DNA of 64,000 nucleotides, from contig CAWBOS010000012.1 of the NCBI GenBank assembly GCA_963790475.1, positions 256,001 through 320,000 on the forward strand, given 5' to 3'. Of this stretch, positions 41,794 through 51,961 are shown piece by piece; the stretch's first letter is position 1, and every line of letters begins with the position of its first letter. The position numbers were made by a program, and so were the translations under genes. This DNA comes from an uncultured delta proteobacterium. GTDB taxonomy: Bacteria > Desulfobacterota > RBG-13-43-22. Under the pieces are notes generated by a model that was not told the origin of the DNA, did not search any database, and saw nothing but the letters and a program-made list of their open reading frames with translations.

Positions 41794-44406
41794 TCAACCG
41801 GCCGCCAATCTTTTCGCAAAATATTCAGGCATCGGCCCCGCCCAGTCATATTCAAGATCGCCGATCACCTTTTTTTTCTCCAGATCGGCTATTTCTTTGT
41901 CTGTCAGGCCAATCACTTCACGATAAACATAATCATTGTCTTCTCCCAACATGCAGGGCGGATGGGTGACTTTAAGAGGGGTCTTTGGAAAATCGAAAGG
42001 GAAAGCCGCATAACGGTAGGTTCCGATATCAACCCCGGTTATGGTCCGAAAGAAGTTTCTATAATTGAGCTGCGGGTCCATATGGGAGTCTCTGTAGTCT
42101 TCGACCGGTCCGGCGGGCACACCATGGTCTTGCAGCACGTAAAACAATTCAAAGTTGTCCCGTTTTTGGGTGAAGGCTTCAATATGTTCGTCGAATTCAT
42201 CATGATGTTTACGCCGGTTTTCCTGATTGCTGAATTTCGGGTCCTTAGTCCAGTCGGGATTTCCCATGACCCGGCACAGGCCCTCCCATTCCTCATCATT
42301 GGTAATGGTGATATTGATCCACCTTTCACCCCCGTTCATGGCCGTCTCCTCGGTCGGTTCAGGACCCCGGCAGGGGTAACAGCCCTGGACGGCTGTGGGA
42401 TGGCGGTTTCCCATAGTTTTTTGGTCTCTCCCGTTCCAGGCGGCATCCAAATATATTTCCGCGAAATGGTGCGCCATGGCCTGCATCTGGGCGAAATCGA
42501 TCCACTGGCCCTTTCCTGTTTTTAGACGCTGAACCAGGGCCATAATGGCCCCGAAAACAGCCATGGGTGGGGAAGCCGAATCCATGGGATAGCGAAAGGT
42601 ATTATGAAAGGGGTGATCATCATCGTCATACCCCCTGATCCAGTCCTCGCCGCTGATGGCCTGGTGCATAGCCCCTATACCGACATAATCCTTATAGGGC
42701 CCGCTCCGGCCCCAGGCCGGCATGTTAATGCAGATGAGGCGGGGATTGATCGACAACAATACCTCATGGCCCAGCCCCAGGTTTTCCATGACTGTGGCTC
42801 CGTTATTTTCAACAAAGATATCGCTGGCCTGGATCAGCCTTTTAAAAACCTCCTTGCCTTCAGGTTGATCGATATCGATGCAGCAACTGAGCCGGTTCCA
42901 CAAGGCCCGGGTATAAAAGACCTGCCGGTTCCAGGGCCTGGCCCCGGGGTTACCTTCCGGGAAATACATCCCGGCATCCGGTCGATTGAGCTGAGATTCA
43001 GGGGTCCACATCACAAAGCCGCGGCCATAGTCCGGCTGATGGTGGGGGTTATCGACGTGAATCACCTCAGCACCAAGGGCGCCCAAAAGCCAGGCAGCCG
43101 ATGGACCGGCCCAAATGACCCCCATGTCCACGACCCGGATTCCCTCCAGAGGCAGGGATGGCTTGGCTGATTTCTCAATGCCCGGTATAAGGGGTTCATT
43201 AGGACCAGCGATTGATTGAGCGCGGTTTTTCCCGAGCTGGCTCAGGATTTCCTGATTATGCTGGCCAAGAAGGGGCGCCGGCCTTCTGACGCGCCAGGGG
43301 CTCGATTCGGCGTGAAGCGGATCACCCGGATAGATCTGTTTTCCTGTCACCGGATGATCGACTTTCACCCAAAATCCCCGCGCCTTCATCTGCGGATCAT
43401 TGATGAAATCCTTGGGTGTATTGATGGCCGTGACCCAATATTTCACCGACTGACACCTTTCCATAATCTCCTGCTTGGTCCGTTCAGCGCACCATTCATA
43501 CCAGGCCGCGTCTACTTCGGGCTTATTGTTTTCCACATCGAGGACATCCTCCGGATACTTGAATTCTTCGAATTGGGGGAACAGTTTCAAAAACCGTTCC
43601 CAGTGGGTTAAACCACCGTAGGCGCGGATATACCCATCCAGACAGGGATAAACACCGGTCGGATGGATGGCTGTGGCGAATTCCCTGGGATCGATCCGGC
43701 CCAAACCGATGGTTGTTAAAGCCATCCCGGAATAGGCAAAGGAGACCAAATTGGTCATTTTATGGTTGGTATCCGCCGCTAAAACCTGCTGCATGGAGAT
43801 GTCGAGATGCTGTCCCAGACCGTTGTTCAATTGGAACCAGTAAGCGGCTATGGTGGCTACGGCCGACATATGACCCACCAGGTACTGCAGGCAGTTGCCC
43901 CCCAGTTTAAGCGGGTACCGCCCCGGCAGACCGCAGGAGTACATGTCCGCCCCGAGACCGCTCAAGACAAGTTCCGATGCCTTGAAATCCCTGTAAGGAC
44001 CTGCCTGTCCGAAATTGGAGATACTGGTCATAATCAGATTCGGATTTATGGTCTTGAGGACTTCATAGTCAAGGCCCAGCCTTTTCATGACTCCCGGGCT
44101 GAAGCTTTCCACCAGGATATCCGTATCCTTAACCAGGTCTTTAGCGGCTTCCTGTCCGGAGGGGGATTTGAGATCCAGGACAAGACTTCGTTTGTTGAGA
44201 TTCAGATTGGAGAAGAGCAGACTTGTTTCCGGATCCGGGTCATCAAGCAGGAACGGTCCCAAGCTTCTGGATGGATCCCCGTCTATGGGTCTTTCTATCT
44301 TGATGACCTCGGCGCCGAAATCGGCCAAGAGCTTGGTGCAAAAGGGCCCGGCAATATGCCAGGTCAGGTCCAGTACTTTAATATCAGACAGAGTCTGGTC
44401 AGTCAT
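41794..44406 (-). CDS. Family III CoA transferase (CaiB/BaiF), two fused domains
   Basis: Two repeats: LSDIKVLDL..AGP..FGAEVIKIE and LEGIRVVDM..AGP..LGAEVIHVD. Confidence 0.93.
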   Translation of the reverse strand: MTDQTLSDIKVLDLTWHIAGPFCTKLLADFGAEVIKIERPIDGDPSRSLGPFLLDDPDPETSLLFSNLNLNKRSLVLDLKSPSGQEAAKDLVKDTDILVESFSPGVMKRLGLDYEVLKTINPNLIMTSISNFGQAGPYRDFKASELVLSGLGADMYSCGLPGRYPLKLGGNCLQYLVGHMSAVATIAAYWFQLNNGLGQHLDISMQQVLAADTNHKMTNLVSFAYSGMALTTIGLGRIDPREFATAIHPTGVYPCLDGYIRAYGGLTHWERFLKLFPQFEEFKYPEDVLDVENNKPEVDAAWYEWCAERTKQEIMERCQSVKYWVTAINTPKDFINDPQMKARGFWVKVDHPVTGKQIYPGDPLHAESSPWRVRRPAPLLGQHNQEILSQLGKNRAQSIAGPNEPLIPGIEKSAKPSLPLEGIRVVDMGVIWAGPSAAWLLGALGAEVIHVDNPHHQPDYGRGFVMWTPESQLNRPDAGMYFPEGNPGARPWNRQVFYTRALWNRLSCCIDIDQPEGKEVFKRLIQASDIFVENNGATVMENLGLGHEVLLSINPRLICINMPAWGRSGPYKDYVGIGAMHQAISGEDWIRGYDDDDHPFHNTFRYPMDSASPPMAVFGAIMALVQRLKTGKGQWIDFAQMQAMAHHFAEIYLDAAWNGRDQKTMGNRHPTAVQGCYPCRGPEPTEETAMNGGERWINITITNDEEWEGLCRVMGNPDWTKDPKFSNQENRRKHHDEFDEHIEAFTQKRDNFELFYVLQDHGVPAGPVEDYRDSHMDPQLNYRNFFRTITGVDIGTYRYAAFPFDFPKTPLKVTHPPCMLGEDNDYVYREVIGLTDKEIADLEKKKVIGDLEYDWAGPMPEYFAKRLAAG

Positions 44407-45017
44407 ATCTTCCTCCTAATATCAAGATAAAAAAAACAAAATCGCATTTTGTCTCTTCACCAAGAGAAAGGTCAGAGGCCGGGGTAATAAAACAGATTCT
44501 CTTTTTATTACCAAAATAAACGATCAAAAAGACCTGAGCAGTACTATCGGCAGCCAAAGGGCGATCCGGGAAAAAAAATAAACAGACCCATTCTCGCCAA
44601 TTCAACCAGAGTGTAGGGGATAACCGCGCGGTGGATGTCCGCTACGGAAATCCCGGGCGGTACAATTTTTTTGAGAGGGAAGAGATTAATACCAAAAGGC
44701 GAAGTCATGTACCCGATCTCCATTTTTTGGTAAGACCTCGTATTTTGTTATAAAGAGTATAGGGCAGAGAAAAAACAGGGTCAAGAAGAAAAAAAGGTGG
44801 AAAATGTAAAAGGGGACCTTGGCCCAAAAACAATTTACCAAAATAGGAACCGCTCCCAAATAGAAATTCTGGGACCCTTTCGGACTTGCGGTTGAGCCGG
44901 TGCAGAGGGTCTATGGCCAGGAGATCGTTCTTACTTGACATACAGGGGAAGACTCCTCTAAACTCCCATCCCAGACAGGAAATTCTTATTCTTTTATTGG
45001 TAAAGGGAGGTAAAAGG

Positions 45018-45812
45018 ATGGAAGGGAAGGAGACAATTCTGGATAAGGAAGGCCGCATTGCGGTGCTGACCCTGAATCGACCGGAGAAGTTGAACGCGAT
45101 CAATGACGAGATTAGAAAATCGTTAATCTCGACCTTTCAAGAGGTTGAAGACGATGATAACTTAAGGGTCCTTATTATCACGGGCGCGGGACGCGGCTTT
45201 TGTTCCGGGGCGGATGTGGCTGTTCAGGCCGCCCGTGCCTCCGGGCAGCAGATGGAAACCGGACGTAGTGCGCTCTTAAGCCTGGTCGGCGACTTTACAC
45301 TGGCTTTTGGAAAAATAAACAAACCGATTATTGCAGCAATCAACGGGGTCGTCGCCGGGGTCGGATTAACCCTGACCTTATGTTGCGATATCCGCCTGGC
45401 ATCAGAAAGCGCTCGCTTTTCAGCCATCTGGGTTAAGCGCGGATTGATTCCGGATGGCGGGGCGACCTTCTTATTGCCCCTGGTTGTCGGTATGGATAAG
45501 GCCATGGAGATGTCGTATACCGGAGATATTATCGATGCCAGAGAAGCGGAAAGAATTAATCTGGTGACCCGAGTGGTTCCTGACGAAGAGCTGATGACTC
45601 GGGCAAAATCCTTGGCTGAGCGAATTGCCGGAATGCCGCCCGTTACGATCGGCATGATAAAAAAAGTTATGTGGGAGGAAGTCCGCCAAAAGATGCGGCA
45701 AACTCTATTCCTCGAAAGCTACGGACAAAATCTTGTACGCGGCACCGCCGACCAGAAGGAAGCGGTGAAAGCGTTTATGGAAAAAAGAGAGCCGGTGTTT
45801 AGGGGGTGTTAA
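45018..45812 (+). CDS. Enoyl-CoA hydratase/isomerase
   Basis: LNRPEKLNA, FCSGAD, KPIIAAING, GLIPDGG. Confidence 0.93.
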   Translation: MEGKETILDKEGRIAVLTLNRPEKLNAINDEIRKSLISTFQEVEDDDNLRVLIITGAGRGFCSGADVAVQAARASGQQMETGRSALLSLVGDFTLAFGKINKPIIAAINGVVAGVGLTLTLCCDIRLASESARFSAIWVKRGLIPDGGATFLLPLVVGMDKAMEMSYTGDIIDAREAERINLVTRVVPDEELMTRAKSLAERIAGMPPVTIGMIKKVMWEEVRQKMRQTLFLESYGQNLVRGTADQKEAVKAFMEKREPVFRGC

Positions 45813-45875
45813 GCAAGAGGGCCCTCCGGTGGGGCAAGTGGAAGAGGGACGCTCCTCCCTCTCCTTAATAACCGA

Positions 45876-46307
45876 TTAATCTTTTTCCTTGGCCATCAGC
45901 AGCTTCATTTCCATAAAAGCAACAGCCTCATCTTTCTGATTTTTTACGGTTGTCTTCAAGGTGACGATCCCCTCTTTTTCGTTTCGATCCACCTTTTCTT
46001 CAACTTCCATTTCAACCCTGAGTGTGTCTCCGATTTTAGTCGGAGCCATGAACCGGACCCGGTCCATCCCGTAAAAGGCCAAAATAGCCATGTCCGCCAG
46101 CCCCATGAGCCCCGTGGCTACCGAAAGGACCAGGAACCCATGGGCAATCCGCTCGCCAAAAAAGCCTTTTTTGGCGTACTCCTCATCGACATGCAAGGGG
46201 TGCCAGTCCCCGCTGAAGGCCGCGAACATCACAATGTCGGCTTCGGTCACGGTCCGTGATCGGGTCAGGATCTTCTCCCCCAACTGGAAATCGTCATAGT
46301 ATCTCAT
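45876..46307 (-). CDS. MaoC family dehydratase
   Basis: FAAFSGDWHPLHVD..IAHG. Confidence 0.93.
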   Translation of the reverse strand: MRYYDDFQLGEKILTRSRTVTEADIVMFAAFSGDWHPLHVDEEYAKKGFFGERIAHGFLVLSVATGLMGLADMAILAFYGMDRVRFMAPTKIGDTLRVEMEVEEKVDRNEKEGIVTLKTTVKNQKDEAVAFMEMKLLMAKEKD

Positions 46308-46479
46308 TAGTTCCCTCCCAAGTTCCTTTAGTTCGAAAATGGGGTTCGAGGGTTCCAGGATTCACGGGTTTTTGATTCCACGCCTTTCACTCCGCCCGGC
46401 GGCCCTCGACCCCTCGGCCCCTTGAACCCTTTTTCATGTTTCGTAGTGCCGCATCGGGCGGGGTTCGGAGTAACTTTTT

Positions 46480-47289
46480 CTATCTTCTATGATATTCTCG
46501 CGGTAATTTTCGTGGAGGGACCCCTTTATATTCGCCTTCAACCGCCCGAAGACGTGCCTGCTCTTTGATCTCTTCCACCGCATGGGCGATTATTCCAGGC
46601 ATATAGGAAAGGGCCGCAATACCGGCCATCTCCTTGGAGTCGAATCCCATCTCGGTGAGTACACAGCCCATCATGCCATCTATATTAATGGGAAGCGTCT
46701 TGCCGGTTTTTTGTACGAAAATTCTGTGGATCTCCTTATAGAGTTCGGATTTTTCACCCCATACCCCATTCTTCCTGGCCACTTCCTCCAAGGCTATGGC
46801 CCTCGGGTCGCCCGTCGGGTGAAGGGGATGACCCAATCCCGGTATCCGGTTTTTTTTGATTCGGGCATCCTCAACGACCCTTTCAGCCGTCTCTTCCCTT
46901 GAGAGGCCATTTTCTTCTTTGAGCTTCCAGGCCTCCAGTATCAGTTCGGCCGTATCCTGGGGAGAGACGGTCACTGACCCCACCGTAAGGATACCTCCGG
47001 CCACTCCGGGTATAATGTTATCCGGATTGGCCGAAGCCACAATCCTCGCTGCAATACCGGTGGGGGCAAAGAACCCGTGGTCTACAATGCCGCATAAGAC
47101 CGCATCAAAAACCCGGGCATGATTCTTGGAAGGCAATTCTCCTCGAATGGTCAGATAAATCGCCTCGGAAAAGGTCAAATGTTTAATGATCTCTTCCAAG
47201 GCATATCCCCGGATTTCGATTTTATGGAACCCCACTGAACTTATCTCTGTGCTCCAGCCCGGTATCGGAACCGATTTTGTCTGATCCAT
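46480..47289 (-). CDS. Citryl-CoA lyase / citrate synthase family protein
   Basis: IEIRGY, VDHG, IPGLGHPLH..DPR, LPINIDG. Confidence 0.85.
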   Translation of the reverse strand: MDQTKSVPIPGWSTEISSVGFHKIEIRGYALEEIIKHLTFSEAIYLTIRGELPSKNHARVFDAVLCGIVDHGFFAPTGIAARIVASANPDNIIPGVAGGILTVGSVTVSPQDTAELILEAWKLKEENGLSREETAERVVEDARIKKNRIPGLGHPLHPTGDPRAIALEEVARKNGVWGEKSELYKEIHRIFVQKTGKTLPINIDGMMGCVLTEMGFDSKEMAGIAALSYMPGIIAHAVEEIKEQARLRAVEGEYKGVPPRKLPREYHRR

Positions 47290-47316
47290 TTTTTCTCCCC
47301 TTTTATTTGTATCGGT

Positions 47317-48105
47317 TTAGCGGCCCTGGTACTTCGGCGGGCGTTTCTCCAGGAAGGCCTCTAACCCCTCCCGGGCATCATCGCTGGTCATCACCCGCAC
47401 CAGGAGTTCACCCATCTCCACTGAAAAGCGGTCTGCTTCCGGGAGTGATGCCTTCCGGACTCCCTCCTTCAAAGCGCGCATGGCCAGAGGGGCATTGGCC
47501 GCCAGTTCCTCGGCCAAGGCCATGGTTTCCACCTCCAGATGGGCCGGGGGAAGGGCTTGGTTGACCAGGCCCAATTCCCGGGCACGGGCTGCGTTAAGCG
47601 GCGCCCCCCTGATCAGGATCTCGGCCGCAGCGAACGGTCCGACCACCTGCGCCAGCTTGCGAATGAGCGGAAAGGGGACCATCAATCCGCGCTTGACGAT
47701 CGGCATACCGATCTGGGCGGTATCCGCCATGAGACGGAAATCACAGTGCAAAGCCAGCTCACAGCCGCCGGCCAAGGCATCCCCGTTGATCAGGGCTATC
47801 ACCGGATTGGGATGCACCTCTACCGCCTGCATGGCCGTGTGAATCAGCTCATGGTCAAGCGGGGAAGCAGGACGCCCCTTAACATCCTCTAATATGCTGT
47901 TTAGATCCATGCCGGATGAAAACGACCGTTCGCCCGCACCGCGCAACACCACCACGCGAGTGCCCTGATCATCGGCGAGGCCTTCCAGTGTCTCTTTGAG
48001 AGTACGCAAGAGTTCGTAGGTCAGGGCATTGCGTTTGTGCGGTCGGTTAATGGTCAGGAGGGTAACAAAATTACGGGTCGAAACTTGCAGGTCCTTCTCA
48101 GCCAT
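47317..48105 (-). CDS. Enoyl-CoA hydratase/isomerase
   Basis: INRPHKRNAL, FSSGMDL, AGGCELALHCDFR. Confidence 0.92.
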   Translation of the reverse strand: MAEKDLQVSTRNFVTLLTINRPHKRNALTYELLRTLKETLEGLADDQGTRVVVLRGAGERSFSSGMDLNSILEDVKGRPASPLDHELIHTAMQAVEVHPNPVIALINGDALAGGCELALHCDFRLMADTAQIGMPIVKRGLMVPFPLIRKLAQVVGPFAAAEILIRGAPLNAARARELGLVNQALPPAHLEVETMALAEELAANAPLAMRALKEGVRKASLPEADRFSVEMGELLVRVMTSDDAREGLEAFLEKRPPKYQGR

Positions 48106-48306
48106 AACGGATCCCTTCGCTTCTTTATTCAGGTGAGAAAAGATAACCGGTGACAGATGCAAGGTCAAGGAGTCAATTTAGGAATTTTAGCCTGAATGGA
48201 TAGATAGTGGTACAAATTTTCCTTGACCCAAGAGGAATATATTCTTACACTTTTCTTTTTAAAAGGGAAATATTTTCATCTAACCCTTCATAAAAAGGAG
48301 CTGAAA

Positions 48307-49311
48307 ATGCATCCAGCACTGAAAACGCCGATTTGCGCTTTGTTGAATATAGAAAAACCTGTGGTCCAGGCGGGAATGGGTTTTGTGGCCCGGTCCGAAT
48401 TGGCTGCCGCCGTATCCCGGGCAGGGGGGCTGGGTGTTTTGGGCGCGGCCTTCTTATCTCCGGATGAACTTCGTCAAGAGATCCGAAAGACCAAAGACAT
48501 GACCGATAATCCCTTTGGGGTGGACATACTCTTCGCCACCTACGGCCGGCCTTCGGCTGACCCGAGGGTGGAGGAATTCACCGCTGAGGTCCGAAAGCAG
48601 ATCGATATAACCTTTGAGGAGGCCGTGCCCATAATCGCTTCAGGTCTGGGCAACCCTGCTGCCATCGTTCCCCAGGCCCATGAAATGGGGATAAAGGTCA
48701 TTTCCCTGGTGGGGGATATCAAAAACGCAAAACGAGTGGCCGCCGGAGGGGTTGATGTTATTGTGGCCCAGGGATACGATGCCGGCGGTCATACCGGGAC
48801 GGTAGGTACTTTGAGCTTGGTACCGGCGATAGTAGATTGCGTCGAACAACCGGTACTGGCAGCGGGCGGTATAGCCGACGGACGGGGGTTGATCGCTGCG
48901 CTGGCTATGGGAGCGGTCGGTGTCTGGATGGGAACTCGCTTTGTAGCCAGCAGGGAGGCTTATGCCCATATTAATTACAAGAACTTGATTACCGAGATCG
49001 ACGACCAGGGGACAACGCGCACTCGCTGCTTTACGGGAAAGCCTTGCCGGGTAATCAAAAACAAGACCACGGTCGAATGGGAAGGTCGAGAAGCTGAGAT
49101 CGAGCCTTTTCCTGTGCAGATTAGAAAAATCAGCGAATATATCGGCGAAGACGTCTATAAGGCTTCCCGGCTGTATGGCAAAGTTGACATCGGCACCTGT
49201 GCGGCAGGGCAATCGTCCGTCCTCATCCACGAAATCAAAGGGGCTGGTGAGTTGGTGAATGAAATAATCTCAGAGGCCGAAGAGATTCTATACAGGTTCT
49301 GCAGTCCTTGA
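48307..49311 (+). CDS. Nitronate monooxygenase / FabK-like flavoprotein
   Basis: VQAGMG, QGYDAGGHTG, AAGGIADGRG, GVWMGTRF. Confidence 0.92.
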   Translation: MHPALKTPICALLNIEKPVVQAGMGFVARSELAAAVSRAGGLGVLGAAFLSPDELRQEIRKTKDMTDNPFGVDILFATYGRPSADPRVEEFTAEVRKQIDITFEEAVPIIASGLGNPAAIVPQAHEMGIKVISLVGDIKNAKRVAAGGVDVIVAQGYDAGGHTGTVGTLSLVPAIVDCVEQPVLAAGGIADGRGLIAALAMGAVGVWMGTRFVASREAYAHINYKNLITEIDDQGTTRTRCFTGKPCRVIKNKTTVEWEGREAEIEPFPVQIRKISEYIGEDVYKASRLYGKVDIGTCAAGQSSVLIHEIKGAGELVNEIISEAEEILYRFCSP

Positions 49312-49459
49312 AATAAGCATTCTTATCTGCGAAACCGATCGATAATCCCCTTCAAATACCTGCTTAGGCTAGTCCTCTGCTTAATCAGATTCGCCCTGTA
49401 TCGACAGACTTTAAGTTGTCTTGTTTCCCCCTTTGACGACGGTGGGGATGAATTTCTTC

Positions 49460-49505
49460 TTGACAATACTTGCCATGATAAATATTTTACTTATCCGTCA
49501 AGATA
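49460..49505 (+). promoter_or_regulatory. Promoter of tetR with partial operator
   Basis: TTGACA-17-TATTTT; TATTTTACTT arm identical to the site at 50350. Confidence 0.55.
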
Positions 49506-49535
49506 TACTGAAATCTCTGGATACGACAGGGTAAG

Positions 49536-50201
49536 GTGATAACAATGGGAAGGGAACAGATACGGAAGAAAAGAGATCTGGACCGAGATCAGATTACAAA
49601 AATGGCAACAAAAATATTTGCCGAAAAAGGCTATCATGCCGGCACCCTGGACGATGTTGCCCGGAAACTGGATGTGACTAGGGCTTCTCTATATTATCAC
49701 GTTAAGAACAAGGAAGAGCTTCTCAAGGGCATCTGCAATAATTTTATGGGGGTTGCTCTTAAAAATTCCAAAGAAATTTTAAAATCGGACCTTTCAACAA
49801 GAGAGAAGCTGCAAGAGTATATTCGTGGTCAGGTGATTGCTGCGGCTACCCGTAAGGAACTGTGTATCGTTCTATTTGAACAGGCCAATGCCCTTAATAG
49901 CCGAACTTTAAAAAAGCTCAAAAGACAGATGAGAGATTTTGATCAAGTATTAATAGAAATTCTTGAGGAGGGAGTTAAAGAAGGGATTTTTAAAATAAAT
50001 GATACTAGGTTAGCCTCTTTTCTAATTTTAGGTGCCTGTTTTTGGACCTATCACTGGTTTTACTCCGGAGGACGTTTGACTCCCGAGCAAATAGCTGATG
50101 AAGTCATAACGTTATTTGAAAACGGTTACCTATCCCCGTCATCTTCTGACCATCAACCCGTACGTAGACACAAAAATCAAAAGCGTCCGTTTGACCAATA
50201 A
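49536..50201 (+). CDS. TetR family regulator (KstR2-like C-terminus)
   Basis: FAEKGY..TLDDVA..ASLYYHVKNKEELL; WTYHWF..GRLTPEQIA. Confidence 0.92.
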   Translation: MITMGREQIRKKRDLDRDQITKMATKIFAEKGYHAGTLDDVARKLDVTRASLYYHVKNKEELLKGICNNFMGVALKNSKEILKSDLSTREKLQEYIRGQVIAAATRKELCIVLFEQANALNSRTLKKLKRQMRDFDQVLIEILEEGVKEGIFKINDTRLASFLILGACFWTYHWFYSGGRLTPEQIADEVITLFENGYLSPSSSDHQPVRRHKNQKRPFDQ

Positions 50202-50329
50202 TAACCAGCTTTATAAAAGAATTCCTCTCCGAATCTTCCGTCCCGCCCTGGTCCTGAATAATCGGATATTTCAATATAAAAACATCTAGTTAGAAGTAAT
50301 TCTCTTTTTTCTCTCGGGTCAAATTATTC

Positions 50330-50375
50330 TTGACAACACATCATAAATATATTTTACTTGCTTGTAAGTAAAATA
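50330..50375 (+). promoter_or_regulatory. Probable promoter and TetR operator
   Basis: TTGACA at 50330; palindrome TATTTTACTT-N6-AAGTAAAATA at 50350-50375. Confidence 0.65.
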
Positions 50376-50507
50376 AGTAGGCCATTTTTATTCCCGCTCC
50401 AGAAAAATTAAAGACAAGGGAAAAGAAATAATTGATAGAGGGCGGGAAATTGACGAATTCTTTTGTTGGCAACCTTCAGTAAAGGAGTGTCGATGAAATG
50501 ATAAGAG

Positions 50508-50541
50508 GCCCCATTTCTTAAAAGAGAGGTGGGGTTTTTTT
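50508..50541 (+). terminator. Intrinsic terminator-like hairpin in the leader of the acyl-CoA dehydrogenase genes
   Basis: GCCCCATTTCT / AGAGGTGGGGT stem followed by a T run. Confidence 0.6.
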
Positions 50542-50627
50542 GTTTGAGCAAAAAATAGGATACATCGGAAAAGACAGACTACTCTAATTAAAGTGTTTTG
50601 AAAAAAGAAGTACAGAGGAGACCTATT

Positions 50628-51812
50628 ATGGATTTTTCATTCAGCAGGGAAACAGAAGCTCTCCGTGAAGAGATCCGCCAGTTCATCAAGGATTATCCCC
50701 CCGACGAATTCCCCGTGCAGGCCGCCGACGATTTCTGGGGTAACGGCGGGTACTCCTATGAATATACCCGAAAGATGGGAGAGGCGGGATGGCTGAGTCT
50801 CACTTGGCCGGAAGAGTGGGGAGGACGGGGAAGAACCATCCTGGACAAAATGGTGGTAGCCGAAGAACTGGCCTACTGCCGGGCCCCGAGCGCCTTTAAC
50901 CTTATGTTGGACGGGATGTCCAACCATATTATAAGTCATGGGAATGATCATTTGAGAAAAGAGATTTTACCTAAAATCGCTAAGGGCAGCATTGTTTTTT
51001 GGCTGGCGCTCAGCGAACCCAACGCCGGTTCCGACCTTTTGGCCCTTCAAACCAAGGCTGAAGACCGAGGCGATGTTTTTGTCGTCAACGGCCAAAAAAT
51101 ATGGAGCGCCAGAGCCCACCTGGCGGATTACGGATACTTGATAACCAGAACAGATCCGAATGTCCCGCGGCATAGAGGCCTGAGTATGTTTATCGTCGAT
51201 CGTAAACTTCCCGGGATTACCATTGAACCGATTATCAACCTGGTCGGGGAAAATTATCATAATCATGTCTATTTCGACAATGTCGAAATCCCCAAGGAAT
51301 TTTTGCTGGGTAAAAAAAATGAAGGATTTTATCAAATGCTCAAGGGTTTGGAGATGGATAGATTCTGGGCCAGATATCAGAAACCCGCTATTTGCAAAAG
51401 GGTTTTGGATGAGTTGATCGATTACTGTAAAAACAATTCCAGGAACGGCAAACCCCTTTATCAGAACACGGTTATCAGGCAAAAGATGGCCCAAACAGCG
51501 ACTGAAATCGAGACCTGCCGGCTGGCCTTTTACCGTATAGCCTGGATGCTGGATCAAAAAGTTCCCATCAGGCATGAAACGGCACTGGGAAAAACCTTTG
51601 CCGATGAGATGGGTCAACGGTTAATGGATCTGGCCATGGAGATACTCGGACTGGATTGCCAGCTTGAAGAGGGTTCAAAATCAGCGCCTTTTAAGGGGCT
51701 CTTCGAAAGATGGTATCTGATCTGCCGGGGACATACCATAGCCGGCGGAACAACCGAAGTCCTGAAAGATACCATTGCTCGAATGGGTTTGGGTCTTACT
51801 AAAAAAGGATAA
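50628..51812 (+). CDS. Acyl-CoA dehydrogenase (alpha-type subunit)
   Basis: LSEPNAGSDL, VNGQKIWS, TIAGGTTEV. Confidence 0.93.
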   Translation: MDFSFSRETEALREEIRQFIKDYPPDEFPVQAADDFWGNGGYSYEYTRKMGEAGWLSLTWPEEWGGRGRTILDKMVVAEELAYCRAPSAFNLMLDGMSNHIISHGNDHLRKEILPKIAKGSIVFWLALSEPNAGSDLLALQTKAEDRGDVFVVNGQKIWSARAHLADYGYLITRTDPNVPRHRGLSMFIVDRKLPGITIEPIINLVGENYHNHVYFDNVEIPKEFLLGKKNEGFYQMLKGLEMDRFWARYQKPAICKRVLDELIDYCKNNSRNGKPLYQNTVIRQKMAQTATEIETCRLAFYRIAWMLDQKVPIRHETALGKTFADEMGQRLMDLAMEILGLDCQLEEGSKSAPFKGLFERWYLICRGHTIAGGTTEVLKDTIARMGLGLTKKG

Positions 51813-51961
51813 ACAATGCTCATCCGGAAAAGAGTATTTCCGGATGAGAGCTTTCAGCGATTAGCGATCAGCTTTCAGAAGACCCTTAAAAAATCGCTTT
51901 TGCTGACTGCTTAATGCTGACAGCTATTCGCCCCATCAGGAAACTAAGAGGAGAAGCCATC

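Noticed and set aside
44410-45010. Possible riboswitch in the divergent intergenic region
   Set aside because: Some hairpin potential near 44635-44665, but no consensus of a riboswitch class I recognise
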